Of a stretch of 64,000 bases of DNA, positions 22,112-31,418 are shown piece by piece. The stretch lies in assembly GCA_963850305.1 (NCBI GenBank), contig CAWKKR010000004.1:480001-544000 (forward strand). The letters are read 5' to 3'. The DNA is from an uncultured delta proteobacterium (GTDB taxonomy: Bacteria > Myxococcota_A > Polyangia > Polyangiales > Polyangiaceae). The translations under genes and the position numbers were made by a program. Each line of letters opens with the position of its first letter. Positions within the stretch are counted from its first letter, which is position 1. A model generated the notes under the pieces. The model was not told where the DNA came from, made no database searches, and saw only the letters and a program-made list of their open reading frames with translations.

Positions 22112-22741
22112 ATGCCGTCGAGGTCACCGCCCCTTTCGTGGCTCCAGCCGTCCGTCCTAGTGGGCTCGCTCGTTCCCTTCGCGGCGCTCGCGTATCGCGC
22201 GGCGGCGGGCCGCCTCGGCGCGAACCCCGTCGCGACCGCGCTCAATCAACTCGGCCTGCTCGCGCTGATCTTCCTCTGCGCGTGCCTCTCGTGTACCCCG
22301 CTCAAGACGCTCTTCGGCCTTGCTTTTCCGATGCGCCTGCGAAAGACGCTCGGTCTCCTCTGCTTCTTCACGGCACTCGCGCACGTCACGGTGTATGTGG
22401 CCGTCGATCAAGGCTTCGCGTTCGGCGTCATCGTCCGGGACGTCACCAAGCGCCCGTTCATCGCAGTCGGTTTCGCCGCGCTGACGCTCCTCGTCCCGCT
22501 CGCCCTCACCTCGACGAAGGGCTCCGTGAAGCGCCTCGGGTTCGCGCGCTGGAAGCTCCTGCACCGGCTCGTCTATGTGACGGCGGTGCTCGCGATCATT
22601 CACTTCGTGATGCGGGTGAAGGCGGACACTCGCGAGCCCTATCTGTACGCGGCGTTCCTCGGCGTGCTCTTCGCCGTCCGGGTCCATGACGGCGCGCGGC
22701 CCGGCAAGGCCCGCGCGAAGCGCAGGGCCGTGCCAGGTTGA
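22112..22741 (+). CDS. msrQ: Heme-binding membrane subunit MsrQ
   Basis: LGANPV, RKTLGL, KRPFI, PLALTS, WKLLHRLVY; directly follows msrP. Confidence 0.92.
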   Translation: MPSRSPPLSWLQPSVLVGSLVPFAALAYRAAAGRLGANPVATALNQLGLLALIFLCACLSCTPLKTLFGLAFPMRLRKTLGLLCFFTALAHVTVYVAVDQGFAFGVIVRDVTKRPFIAVGFAALTLLVPLALTSTKGSVKRLGFARWKLLHRLVYVTAVLAIIHFVMRVKADTREPYLYAAFLGVLFAVRVHDGARPGKARAKRRAVPG

Positions 22742-22751
22742 GCGATTCGCG

Positions 22752-23778
22752 TCAGTTCGTGCCCGCGTCGGCGTTGCCCTTGGGCTTCGGCGGCGGCGGG
22801 GTACAGCGAAGGAACGGCTCGGTCTTGCCCGAGTCCGCCTTCGGCGCGGGACCGACGGGGAGCTGTGCACCGAGTGGCAACAGGCACTCGCCGTCCGTGA
22901 ACGTGCCGCAGACGCCGTAGCCGCTGCAGCAGCCCCAGATCGGGCCGACCAGGCCGAGGTAACTCGGGCACTCCCCGTTGACCGACGGATCATCGGGCGG
23001 CCCCGTGACGGTCTGAACCGGCGGTCCCGCGTCCACGACAGGCGGCGGCGGCGGGAAGCAGAACCCGATCCCGAGCGAATCTAGACCGCACGCGCCGTTC
23101 GGCAAGCAGCACGCCTTGATGTCGCCGTCGCCCTTGCATTTCTTCAGATCGCAGGTCTTCGGCGGAGGCGCAAAACACACCCCGATGCCGAGCGTGTCGA
23201 AACCGCACCCCTGGCCGTTCGCCAAGCAGCAAGGCGCCGGGCCGCCGTCCGTCGATGGACAGCTCGAGAGGTCGCAGAGCGGCGTGGGCGGCGCGAAACA
23301 GAGCCCGATGCCGAGCGTGTCGACGCCGCACTTGTTGTTCAGCTGGCAGCACGCGGCCGGTCCCCCCTTGGTGGTCGGACACTTGTCCACGTCGCAGGGT
23401 GGCCCTGCGTCCACGTTCGTGGCCGGATTCGGGAAACAAAAGACGCCGTTGCCGTACGGGTCCGTGCCGCACTCGGCGGCCGGCGTGCAGCACTTGTAGC
23501 CGTTCTTGGGCGTCGGACAGTCCTTCTCGACGCACACGCGGTTCGGTGCCGAGTTCGGCGTGCAACCGAGCAGGAGCCCGGTGGGAATCCGTACCGCACG
23601 AGCCATCCGGCGCGCAACAGGCTGAACCGGTGGCGGGCGCCGGGCACAACGACGGGTTGCACACGCCGGCAGGCTGACCGCCGTCATATCGCTGAATGAT
23701 GATGCTGCCGTCGTCGCAAGCCGAAAAACATCCGGCAACCGCCGACAAGGCCAGAGCAGATAGTAAGAAACGCTTCAC
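22752..23778 (-). CDS. Cys-rich repeat lipoprotein; apparent +1 frameshift at ~23586
   Basis: Signal peptide MKRFLLSALALSAVAGC in the 23778 frame; repeats C..CP....CC.....CG.D.LGIG.CF continue in the 23738 frame. Confidence 0.75.
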
Positions 23779-24020
23779 GCTTGAATCTCCAGGTTCGAGA
23801 GCCGCACGCTCGAACGCGGAGAATATCGGGTTCGCGCGCCGCGCGCGAAATTCTCGTCTTTCACCCGGCCACGATAGATGCGAGCTCTACTTACATGTAG
23901 GCATCGGCAAGAGGGGGCTGCCCCGCGCAGCTCGAGTGCACAAGGGCCTCCAAAGACGCTCGGCCACACGGCCGCACCGTCGGGAGGCGTCACGGCGGCG
24001 CGCCGCACACCGAGCCGAGC

Positions 24021-25310
24021 TCAGTCCGGCGTGTTCGAGCAATAGCTCGGGAACCCCGACGGGATCCCGTTCGCATACGGCTCGGGCGACACCTTGTACG
24101 GATGCGCCGTGAAGAACTGGAGCGAGACAGGCGCCACGCCGGGGTCGACCTCGTGGCCACCCGGGTGGTGGCACATCATCGTGTAGTAACCCTGCGGCTG
24201 GTAATTCGAATAGTACGTGTGGCTGTTCTGGTTGAAGTCCAGGACCACGACGTCCGAGCCCGAGTCGCCGTACGTCAGGATCGAGGCCACCTTGTTGGAC
24301 GGATCCTGATCCGTCGCGCCGAAAGGTTGACCGCCGGAATACGATATGACGCTCGCCATGTAGTTCGAGCGCGCCAGGGAGACGTACATCGTATGGAGCG
24401 CGCCGGCGCTCCACCCAAGCGCGTGAATGTGCCGGGTGTCGATGTTGGCTTGCTGGATAGCGCACGCGACGACCGTGTCCTGGATCGGCAGGTCTTCCAC
24501 GAACCACACGCCGTCGTCGGTCGTCGTGCAGCCGGTACACGTCGTCTCGGTGAACGCCGCGACGACGCCGCCCGCGCTCGTGACGGCCGCAATGTTCGCG
24601 GCGCCGAACCCTGACTCGACCTCGGCCGGGTTCGAGAAGGTCGCGTGGTAGTAGAGGATGAGCGGGCCGCCGGGCGCCGGTTTGCTCTTCGCCGACGGGT
24701 CCATGTAGATGACGACGGGCATGGTCCTGCCGCTCGCCCCCGGGATCTGAACGGTGCCGCCGGAGGTTGCGTTCGTCGGGAACGTCGGACAGCTCGTCGC
24801 GGTCGGGAGTGCGGTCGGCGTCGGCCCTCCCGTCGATGTTCCGCCGGAGCCCGTGGCGTCACCGCCGGACCCCGTCGAAGTTCCGCCGGAACCCGTGCCG
24901 TCGCCGCCGGAACCCGTGTCGTATCCACCCGCGCCCGTGCCATCACCGCCGGAACCCGTCGACGGCGCGGCACCGGTACCCACCGCGCCGCCATTGGGAG
25001 TCGTACTGAACCCGCCCTGGCCGTTCGAACCGCCGGCACCCGGCGCCGACGAGGAACATCCGCTGACGTCGAGCTGGCAGTTGATACACTGAGCCGTACC
25101 GTAGGGGGCCTGGTTCAGGGTGGCCTCGGCACACGACGGCGGCGTCGGGCCGTCGCACTGTTCCCCCTGCTCCACGACCAGATCGCCACAGTGGGCAGCC
25201 TGGCTACCGCTGCCCGACCCGGAAGAACATCCGAGAAGCCCAGCGACTGCAACCAGCGGCACGTACATCCGCGGATCTAGTGTTGATAGGGCCGTCCATC
25301 GTCGAAGCAT
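24021..25310 (-). CDS. Lipoprotein esterase (PHB-depolymerase/CE1-like alpha/beta hydrolase) with Cys repeat and Gly/Thr linker
   Basis: Lipobox LLGC; CGDLVVEQGEQCDG; PLILYYHA; GWSAG nucleophile elbow; HPGGH. Confidence 0.75.
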   Translation of the reverse strand: MLRRWTALSTLDPRMYVPLVAVAGLLGCSSGSGSGSQAAHCGDLVVEQGEQCDGPTPPSCAEATLNQAPYGTAQCINCQLDVSGCSSSAPGAGGSNGQGGFSTTPNGGAVGTGAAPSTGSGGDGTGAGGYDTGSGGDGTGSGGTSTGSGGDATGSGGTSTGGPTPTALPTATSCPTFPTNATSGGTVQIPGASGRTMPVVIYMDPSAKSKPAPGGPLILYYHATFSNPAEVESGFGAANIAAVTSAGGVVAAFTETTCTGCTTTDDGVWFVEDLPIQDTVVACAIQQANIDTRHIHALGWSAGALHTMYVSLARSNYMASVISYSGGQPFGATDQDPSNKVASILTYGDSGSDVVVLDFNQNSHTYYSNYQPQGYYTMMCHHPGGHEVDPGVAPVSLQFFTAHPYKVSPEPYANGIPSGFPSYCSNTPD

Positions 25311-25517
25311 TTTTCCACCTCATCGAAACCGATTCCGAAATCCACCAATCCAACAGTGGGATGCCACACACCCAGGCGGGCCCGCTTATCCATCCAGCTC
25401 AAAGACGAAGCCGGCGAGGTCGAATTCGATGAGCGTCCGCGCTTCGTGCGAGTACGAAGGGAAAATTGAATCGAAATCGAATCGAACCTGGCTTCCGCGC
25501 GATGTCGCAGCGAGGAT

Positions 25518-27395
25518 TCAGTCCTCGAAGTTCGCGTGAACGAAGTCCGAGACGATCTGCGCGACGCGACGCTGGGCCGAGATCTCGGTGAACGTGTGAT
25601 CGGCCCCCTCGATGATCTGCATCTGGAAATTGGCCCGACCGCGCATGCGCCGCGCGCCCGGGCCGAGATAGGAAGCGAGCGTGTCCAGGGCCGAATCATC
25701 AGCGCTGTAGACGAGCAGGGACTTCGTGCCCCTATCGGAGGTGCGCCAGAAATCTCGCTCCACCGGGTTCAGGGGCTTGTGCGGTGAGACGAGCGCGTTG
25801 AGAGCGGCCTTGGTCGTCGCGAAGGCCACGCGCGAGCCGTGCGCGAGCAAGTAACGCGCAATGCCGGCTGCGGCCACTCGACCTCTCAAGACACGCATCC
25901 ACGTATCTTGGTTGAATAGAGACCGACCATAGACGTGGCTCGCCTTGAAACGATCTGCTGCGCGAGACTCGAGCGTGTCCCCCTCCTTCCACTCGAACGC
26001 GGACAGATTCATGAGCACCTGGCCCACGACCCGCGCATCCGTCGCCGTCGAATGGAAGGCGAGATAGGCACCCGAACAGATCCCGACCAGGACGAATCGC
26101 GCGATACCGTAGTCTCGCGCCAGGAGTGACATCGCCGATTGCACGTCCGCGACGCAGGCTATCGAGTAGATCTGGTTCTCCTGCTTGCCCGGCGCGGCGT
26201 AGCTCTCCCCGAGACCGCTCACGTCGATGCGCATCGACGTGATACCACGCGCAGCGAAATCCCGGGCCATCGTCACGTAAAGGCGGTTCGACCCGATGTG
26301 GTGGTTCGCTCCGACGTTGATGAAGAGGACCGCCTGATCGCGCTTCGCGCCCGGCGTCTCCGGTGTCGAGACGATACCGAACAACCGATCGTCGGGACCG
26401 AATCGCTCGGGTTGCTCCGATACCCGGACGCCTTCGCGGGTCGTGGCAACGAGCGGTGGCGCCGGCGGCGGGATCGTCGGTTCGCGCTGCCCGCGCCTCG
26501 ACGAGTTGCCGTAGGCCGCACGAGCCCAGCTCTCCACCGTGGAGATGGCCTGAGCCGGCAGAGTCGCGAACTCGACGTCACGCATCATGGCCGCATAGCC
26601 AGGCGTCGCGATGAACTCCACCTCGTGCCCGCAGCTCTCGTAATACTCGGCGAGGCGCTCTTCACCCGAAACGTCGTCGCGCGGGACGATGAGTACGCGG
26701 AGAATCCGAGCGACTCTCGTTTTCAGAAGATCGAGCCCTTTCAGGTCTTCGATCATCGGGGATGTGACGAGGTAACCCGCCACCTGGAGTTCGGGGCCAC
26801 CGTTGTCCTTGAGCAACTGGAAGGCGCGCAGCTCCCGCGCATAGCTGCGTCCCGAGAGGGCGGCCCCGAAGAACATCAAGCTCGAGATGTCATCGCGTTC
26901 GGCAACCACGTGGCCCGCGAGGAGCGCACCGAGTCGGGTCCCGAACAGCCCGATGCTGGAAACGCCGCCGCGGCGTTTCAGCTCGTCGATGGCCGCATGG
27001 ATGTCGTCCATCATGGCGCGGACGCGCTGCTCGGAGTCCGGATAGCCCGCGGAGTCGCCGGTACCGCGGTAATCGAAGCGGAGTACGTGAAAACCAGCCG
27101 CCGCGAGCCGTTCGGCGAGGACCCGGTACGGGCGGTACGTGCACATCGCCTCGTAGCCGAACGGGTTGCAGAGGACCACGCCGACACCGCGGGGCTCCGC
27201 TGCGGCGGGGAGATGGTGAAAGCCAAAGATTCGAACGGGGTCCGTCCCGAACGAAATCGGTTGCCCCGAAGCGCGCGCTCCAGTCGTGGCGCGAGATGTG
27301 GCCTCGACCTGAAGCCCTACGCCACTCACATCACCCTCGTCGCTCGCCCATGCTCCAGCTGGCGTGAACACTCGCATATCAACGTCGCGCTGCAA
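25518..27395 (-). CDS. Tandem two-domain alpha/beta hydrolase (exosortase-associated hydrolase 2 + hydrolase 1-like fusion)
   Basis: Domain 1: VLRFDYRGTGDS and GTRLGA; domain 2: RIDVSGLGES, GICSGA, GADHTF; exact start uncertain. Confidence 0.8.
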   Translation of the reverse strand: MQRDVDMRVFTPAGAWASDEGDVSGVGLQVEATSRATTGARASGQPISFGTDPVRIFGFHHLPAAAEPRGVGVVLCNPFGYEAMCTYRPYRVLAERLAAAGFHVLRFDYRGTGDSAGYPDSEQRVRAMMDDIHAAIDELKRRGGVSSIGLFGTRLGALLAGHVVAERDDISSLMFFGAALSGRSYARELRAFQLLKDNGGPELQVAGYLVTSPMIEDLKGLDLLKTRVARILRVLIVPRDDVSGEERLAEYYESCGHEVEFIATPGYAAMMRDVEFATLPAQAISTVESWARAAYGNSSRRGQREPTIPPPAPPLVATTREGVRVSEQPERFGPDDRLFGIVSTPETPGAKRDQAVLFINVGANHHIGSNRLYVTMARDFAARGITSMRIDVSGLGESYAAPGKQENQIYSIACVADVQSAMSLLARDYGIARFVLVGICSGAYLAFHSTATDARVVGQVLMNLSAFEWKEGDTLESRAADRFKASHVYGRSLFNQDTWMRVLRGRVAAAGIARYLLAHGSRVAFATTKAALNALVSPHKPLNPVERDFWRTSDRGTKSLLVYSADDSALDTLASYLGPGARRMRGRANFQMQIIEGADHTFTEISAQRRVAQIVSDFVHANFED

Positions 27396-27642
27396 GCCGT
27401 ATCACGAAAGGAGCTGCGCCAGGCGCGCACGTCCTCCGAGCGACGCTCGCCCGGAGTGATGGCGGCATCCCGGCCCGCTGTTTCAGCTTCGCCCATGCTC
27501 GCCCATGCTCGGTCCCCACACCGTATCTTTTGCATAAATCTCGGGAAAGCGACCGCGCGAACCACGGTCATCACCGACTGTCCACTGCGGCCCGCCACGG
27601 CCGATTCAGCCCGGCGGGAATGCACGAAGTCGGGATGTTCCC

Positions 27643-27671
27643 TTGCGGGCACGCGAACGCAAAAATATAGT
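27643..27671 (+). promoter_or_regulatory. Sigma-70-type promoter of the acpS-ACP operon
   Basis: TTGCGG - 17 bp - TATAGT, ending 11 nt before ATG 27683. Confidence 0.6.
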
Positions 27672-27682
27672 ACGGACCACGC

Positions 27683-28075
27683 ATGGAAGCCGTCGCCGTC
27701 GGAATCGACTGGGTCGAGATCGCCGAAGTCGAGCAATCCATTTCGCGGTTCGGGGAACGCTACCTGACGCGGGTCTTCACCGAAGGCGAGCGCGCTTATG
27801 CGAGGACGAGCGATGCGCAGGGCGCGGCCCGTCTGGCTGCTCGATTCGCTGCGAAGGAGGCGGTAATCAAGGTGCTCCGCCCCGCAGACCGACCGGTACC
27901 GTGGCGCGATATCGAGGTCCTCAAAACGGCTTCGGGTGCCTGCGACATCAAGCTCACCGGTATGGCGCTCGCTCTCGCAGGCGAGGCCGGGATCGACCGA
28001 ATATCCGTGAGTCTGACTCATCACGGGAACCAGGCCGCTGCGGTCGCCGCAGCGCTCCGCAAAAAGGACCCATGA
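27683..28075 (+). CDS. acpS: Holo-[acyl-carrier-protein] synthase (AcpS-type PPTase)
   Basis: VGIDWVE, RVFTEGE, LAARFAAKEAVIK, ISVSLTH. Confidence 0.93.
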   Translation: MEAVAVGIDWVEIAEVEQSISRFGERYLTRVFTEGERAYARTSDAQGAARLAARFAAKEAVIKVLRPADRPVPWRDIEVLKTASGACDIKLTGMALALAGEAGIDRISVSLTHHGNQAAAVAAALRKKDP

Positions 28076-28314
28076 CCGAAGAGATCCGAGCGATTCTGAA
28101 GGAACACGGCAGGCTGAACGCGGACGCCACGACGCTCGCAGAGGATGGCGATCTTTACGAGGCGGGGATGACCTCCCACGCCAGCGTGAATGTCATGCTC
28201 GCGCTCGAGGCCAAATTCGACGTGGAATTCCCTGACCGGATGCTGCGACGCAGCGTATTCGAGAGCGTCGCGGCCATCCGCGGTGCGATTGAAGAACTCA
28301 CGGGGGCCCGTTGA
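28072..28314 (+). CDS. Acyl/aminoacyl carrier protein
   Basis: 80 aa; DLYEAGMTSHASVNVMLALEAKFDVEFPD with Ser at the phosphopantetheine position; ATGA overlap with acpS. Confidence 0.9.
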   Translation: MTEEIRAILKEHGRLNADATTLAEDGDLYEAGMTSHASVNVMLALEAKFDVEFPDRMLRRSVFESVAAIRGAIEELTGAR

Positions 28315-29468
28315 CGGTGCCCACACTCATCGACACCGTCGCGCGCATTGCCGCCGAGATCGCTGGACCCGCTGCGGCCGACGTGGACGACCGCGCCCGA
28401 TTTCCGGCCGAGGCGATCGATGCGCTCAGGAAGGATGGACTCCTCGCAGCGGGCATCCCGAAGGACCTCGGGGGCCAGGGCTGCTCGATCGCCGACCTTT
28501 CGCGGATGTGCACGGCCCTCGGCCAGCACTGTGCCTCTACGGCCATGGTCTTCGCGATGCACCAGATCCAGGTGGCGTGCATCGTCCGTCATGGCCTCGG
28601 GTCGTCGTACTTCAGGGCGTACCTGCAGGAAGTCGTGCAGAAGCAGCTCCTGATCGCGTCCGTGACGTCGGAGGCCGGCGTAGGGGGCGACACGAGAACG
28701 AGCGTCTGCGCGGTCGAGAAGACCGATAATCGCTTCGTGCTCAACAAGGACGCAACAACCATCTCCTACGGGGAGGCTGCAGACGATCTGCTGGTGACCT
28801 GCCGACGGTCGTCCGACGCGGCGGGCAGCGACCAGGTGCTCGTGCTGCTCCGAAAGAACGACTATCTGCTCGCCCGCAACGGCTCGTGGAACACCCTCGG
28901 CATGCGCGGCACATGCAGCCCCGGGTACAAGCTCACCTCCTCGGGGCACGTCGAACAGATCCTCCCGGGGTCGTTCGCCGACTCGTCGAGTCAGACGATG
29001 GTGCCCTTCTCGCACGTGCTCTGGTCGGCGTGCTGGCTCGGTATCGCGTCGGACGCGGCGGCGCGTGCCAGCTCCTACGTGCGTGCCGAGGCGCGACGGA
29101 AGCCAGGCACGGTTCCGGCCGGCGCCGTTCGCCTGGCGGAACTGTCGACCGTGCTCCAGACGATGCGCACGCACGTGAAGGACGTCGCGGAGGAATGCGC
29201 GACTCTCTTCGCTTCCCCGGAGGGAAACGACGCCGTGTCGTCCATCGGCTTCGCGCTGAAGATGAACCAGCTCAAGACGTCGTCGTCCGAGACCGTGGTG
29301 GATCTCGTGCACCGCGCGCTCTTGATCTGCGGCATCATGGGCTACAAGAACGACGGCCCGTTCAGCCTCGGACGTCATCTCCGGGATTCGCACTCCGCGG
29401 CATTGATGATCAACAACGATCGTATCTACGCGAAGAGCGCGTCGCTGCTCCTCGTCCACAAGGACTGA
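28311..29468 (+). CDS. Acyl-CoA dehydrogenase-fold flavoprotein (probably acts on aminoacyl-carrier protein)
   Basis: RFPAEAIDAL, PKDLGGQG, CASTAMVFAMH, TSEAGVG, WNTLGMRGT, ICGIMGY, RHLRD. Confidence 0.88.
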   Translation: MTVPTLIDTVARIAAEIAGPAAADVDDRARFPAEAIDALRKDGLLAAGIPKDLGGQGCSIADLSRMCTALGQHCASTAMVFAMHQIQVACIVRHGLGSSYFRAYLQEVVQKQLLIASVTSEAGVGGDTRTSVCAVEKTDNRFVLNKDATTISYGEAADDLLVTCRRSSDAAGSDQVLVLLRKNDYLLARNGSWNTLGMRGTCSPGYKLTSSGHVEQILPGSFADSSSQTMVPFSHVLWSACWLGIASDAAARASSYVRAEARRKPGTVPAGAVRLAELSTVLQTMRTHVKDVAEECATLFASPEGNDAVSSIGFALKMNQLKTSSSETVVDLVHRALLICGIMGYKNDGPFSLGRHLRDSHSAALMINNDRIYAKSASLLLVHKD

Positions 29469-29471
29469 ACG

Positions 29472-30389
29472 ATGGTCAAAGAGCCGACGGCGGTGGAGAA
29501 GGCCTTTTACGAAGACCTGGTGAGCGCACGGCTCGTCATCCCGACGGGCGTGCCGGGCGTGTTCGGGCGGGGCGCCGTCTTCGAGGACGTGCTCGAGCGG
29601 TTCAATCGACTGATCACCAAGGTGGCGGAGAAAGACGGCGCGGAGCGAATGCTCTTCCCGCCCACTCTGAGCCGCCGCGTGTTCGAGAAGAGCGAGTTCT
29701 TGAATTCATTTCCGCAGCTCGCCGGCTCGGTGTTCAGCTTCGACGGGACCGACGCTCAGCACCGGGAACTCACGGCGCGCATTCACGACCAGAAGCCGTG
29801 GGCGGATCTTCAAGTGATGACGGACGTCGTCCTGAGCCCCGCCGCCTGCTACCCGGTGTACCCGACGATGGAGGGCACGCTGCCAGAAGAAGGCCGCCTC
29901 GTGGACATGGAGGAGTGGGTCTTCCGGCACGAGCCGTCGTACGAGCCCACCCGGATGCAGTGCTTCCGCGTGCGCGAGTTCGTCCGCGTGGGCACGCCGG
30001 ACATGGTCGTCGGGTGGCGCGACATGTGGCTGAAGCGCGGACACGAACTGCTGCTGTCGCTCGGACTACCCGCGCGGCCGGAGGTCGCGTCCGATCCGTT
30101 CTTCGGGCGGGGCGGACGCATGCTCGCGGCGAGTCAGAAGGAAATGCAGCTCAAGTTCGAGGTCGTCATTCCGGTTTGCTCCGAAGAGAAGCCGACGGCC
30201 GTGTGCTCCTTCAACTATCACCAGGATCACTTCGGCAAGATCTTCGGCATCCGGACGGCGTCGGGGGAAACGGCACAGACTGCGTGTCTCGGCTTCGGGA
30301 TGGAGCGCGTCTGCATGGCGCTCTTCAAGACGCACGGTGTCGATACCGCACAGTGGCCCACCACGGCGAAGAAGCTGCTCTGGCCGTGA
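29472..30389 (+). CDS. Amino acid:[carrier protein] ligase (truncated atypical seryl-tRNA synthetase homolog)
   Basis: Class II aaRS catalytic core only: FPQLAG, PAACYPVY, motif 2 FRHEPS/REFVR, SFNYHQDHFG, motif 3 TACLGFGMER; no tRNA-binding domain; adjacent to ACP. Confidence 0.9.
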   Translation: MVKEPTAVEKAFYEDLVSARLVIPTGVPGVFGRGAVFEDVLERFNRLITKVAEKDGAERMLFPPTLSRRVFEKSEFLNSFPQLAGSVFSFDGTDAQHRELTARIHDQKPWADLQVMTDVVLSPAACYPVYPTMEGTLPEEGRLVDMEEWVFRHEPSYEPTRMQCFRVREFVRVGTPDMVVGWRDMWLKRGHELLLSLGLPARPEVASDPFFGRGGRMLAASQKEMQLKFEVVIPVCSEEKPTAVCSFNYHQDHFGKIFGIRTASGETAQTACLGFGMERVCMALFKTHGVDTAQWPTTAKKLLWP

Positions 30390-31369
30390 ACGTCGCGGCG
30401 ATCAGAGCCATCGATCCGGCGAGATACACGCCGCACACCCTTCACCGGTGCGAGCGGGCGTTCCCCGAGTCCAATTGCTACATCGACGTCTGGCTGGAGG
30501 TGCTCCACGCGCTCGAACTCGAGCCGCTCGCATGTGCGCCATTCACCCTGGCCGCGGATTTCGAGGGCGATCAGTGGACGTTCTTCAAGCCGCCCCACGG
30601 AGAGCTCGCCCGGCTCTACGGGATCGAGGTCCATGAGCTCACGGTTTGGCGTCCGCTCGCCGACCACGCCGTGGAGCAGCTCGGCCAGGGAAAGATCGTT
30701 CTCACGGAAGCGGACTCGTTCTTTTTGCCGGACACGGCCGGGACGGACTACCGGCGAAACCACGTGAAGACGACGATCGCTCTCCAGGAGATCGACGTCG
30801 CCGCGCGAAGACTCGGATACTTTCACAACGCGGGCTACCATGGGCTGGAAGGCGCGGATTTCGCCGACCTCTTCCGGCTGGATGCGCCCCCGGATCCGAC
30901 GTTCTTGCCGCTCTTCGCGGAGTTCGCGCGGCTCCGGCGCGTGAAGCGCCTGCCCGCGGCAGAGCTCGTTGCGCTCTCGCTCGAGCTCCTCGGCGAACAC
31001 CTCCGTCGCCGGCCCGGTACGAATCCGGTCGCTCGGTTCGCGGCGCGGCTACCCGCCGATCTCGAGTGGCTCCAGGCGGAGGGACTTCCGACGTATCACG
31101 TCTATGCGTTTGCCTCGCTCCGGCAACTGGGAGCGGCGTTCGAGCTCGGCGCGGCGTATCTTCGCTGGCTCGAGGCGAACGATACGCCGGCGCTCGATGG
31201 AGCCGCCAGAGCGTGTGACGTGATCACATCCGGTGCGAAAGCCTTGATCCTGAAGGGTGCCCGCGCCGTGAACGCGAAGCGCGCCGCCGATTTCAGCGAG
31301 CTATTGTCCCAGATGGAACGCGCGTGGGACGAGCTGATGGGAGTCCTGGTTCCGCGCTTCGGCGGTTGA
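30386..31369 (+). CDS. DUF1839-like protein (putative Cys-dependent acyltransferase)
   Basis: ESNCYIDVW, DFEGDQWTFFKP, EADSFFLPDTAGTDYRRNHVKTTI, YFHNAGY, FASLRQLGA; GTGA overlap with the ligase. Confidence 0.8.
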   Translation: MNVAAIRAIDPARYTPHTLHRCERAFPESNCYIDVWLEVLHALELEPLACAPFTLAADFEGDQWTFFKPPHGELARLYGIEVHELTVWRPLADHAVEQLGQGKIVLTEADSFFLPDTAGTDYRRNHVKTTIALQEIDVAARRLGYFHNAGYHGLEGADFADLFRLDAPPDPTFLPLFAEFARLRRVKRLPAAELVALSLELLGEHLRRRPGTNPVARFAARLPADLEWLQAEGLPTYHVYAFASLRQLGAAFELGAAYLRWLEANDTPALDGAARACDVITSGAKALILKGARAVNAKRAADFSELLSQMERAWDELMGVLVPRFGG

Positions 31370-31418
31370 CGCCGAAATCTCGGCGAACACCAGCGTTTCC
31401 GAGAATAATGCGGGCCCG

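Noticed and set aside
23831..23849. TTCGCGCG-CCG-CGCGCGAA hairpin as an intrinsic terminator
   Set aside because: No U-tract on the relevant strand and ~170 bp from the upstream stop; GC hairpins are common by chance
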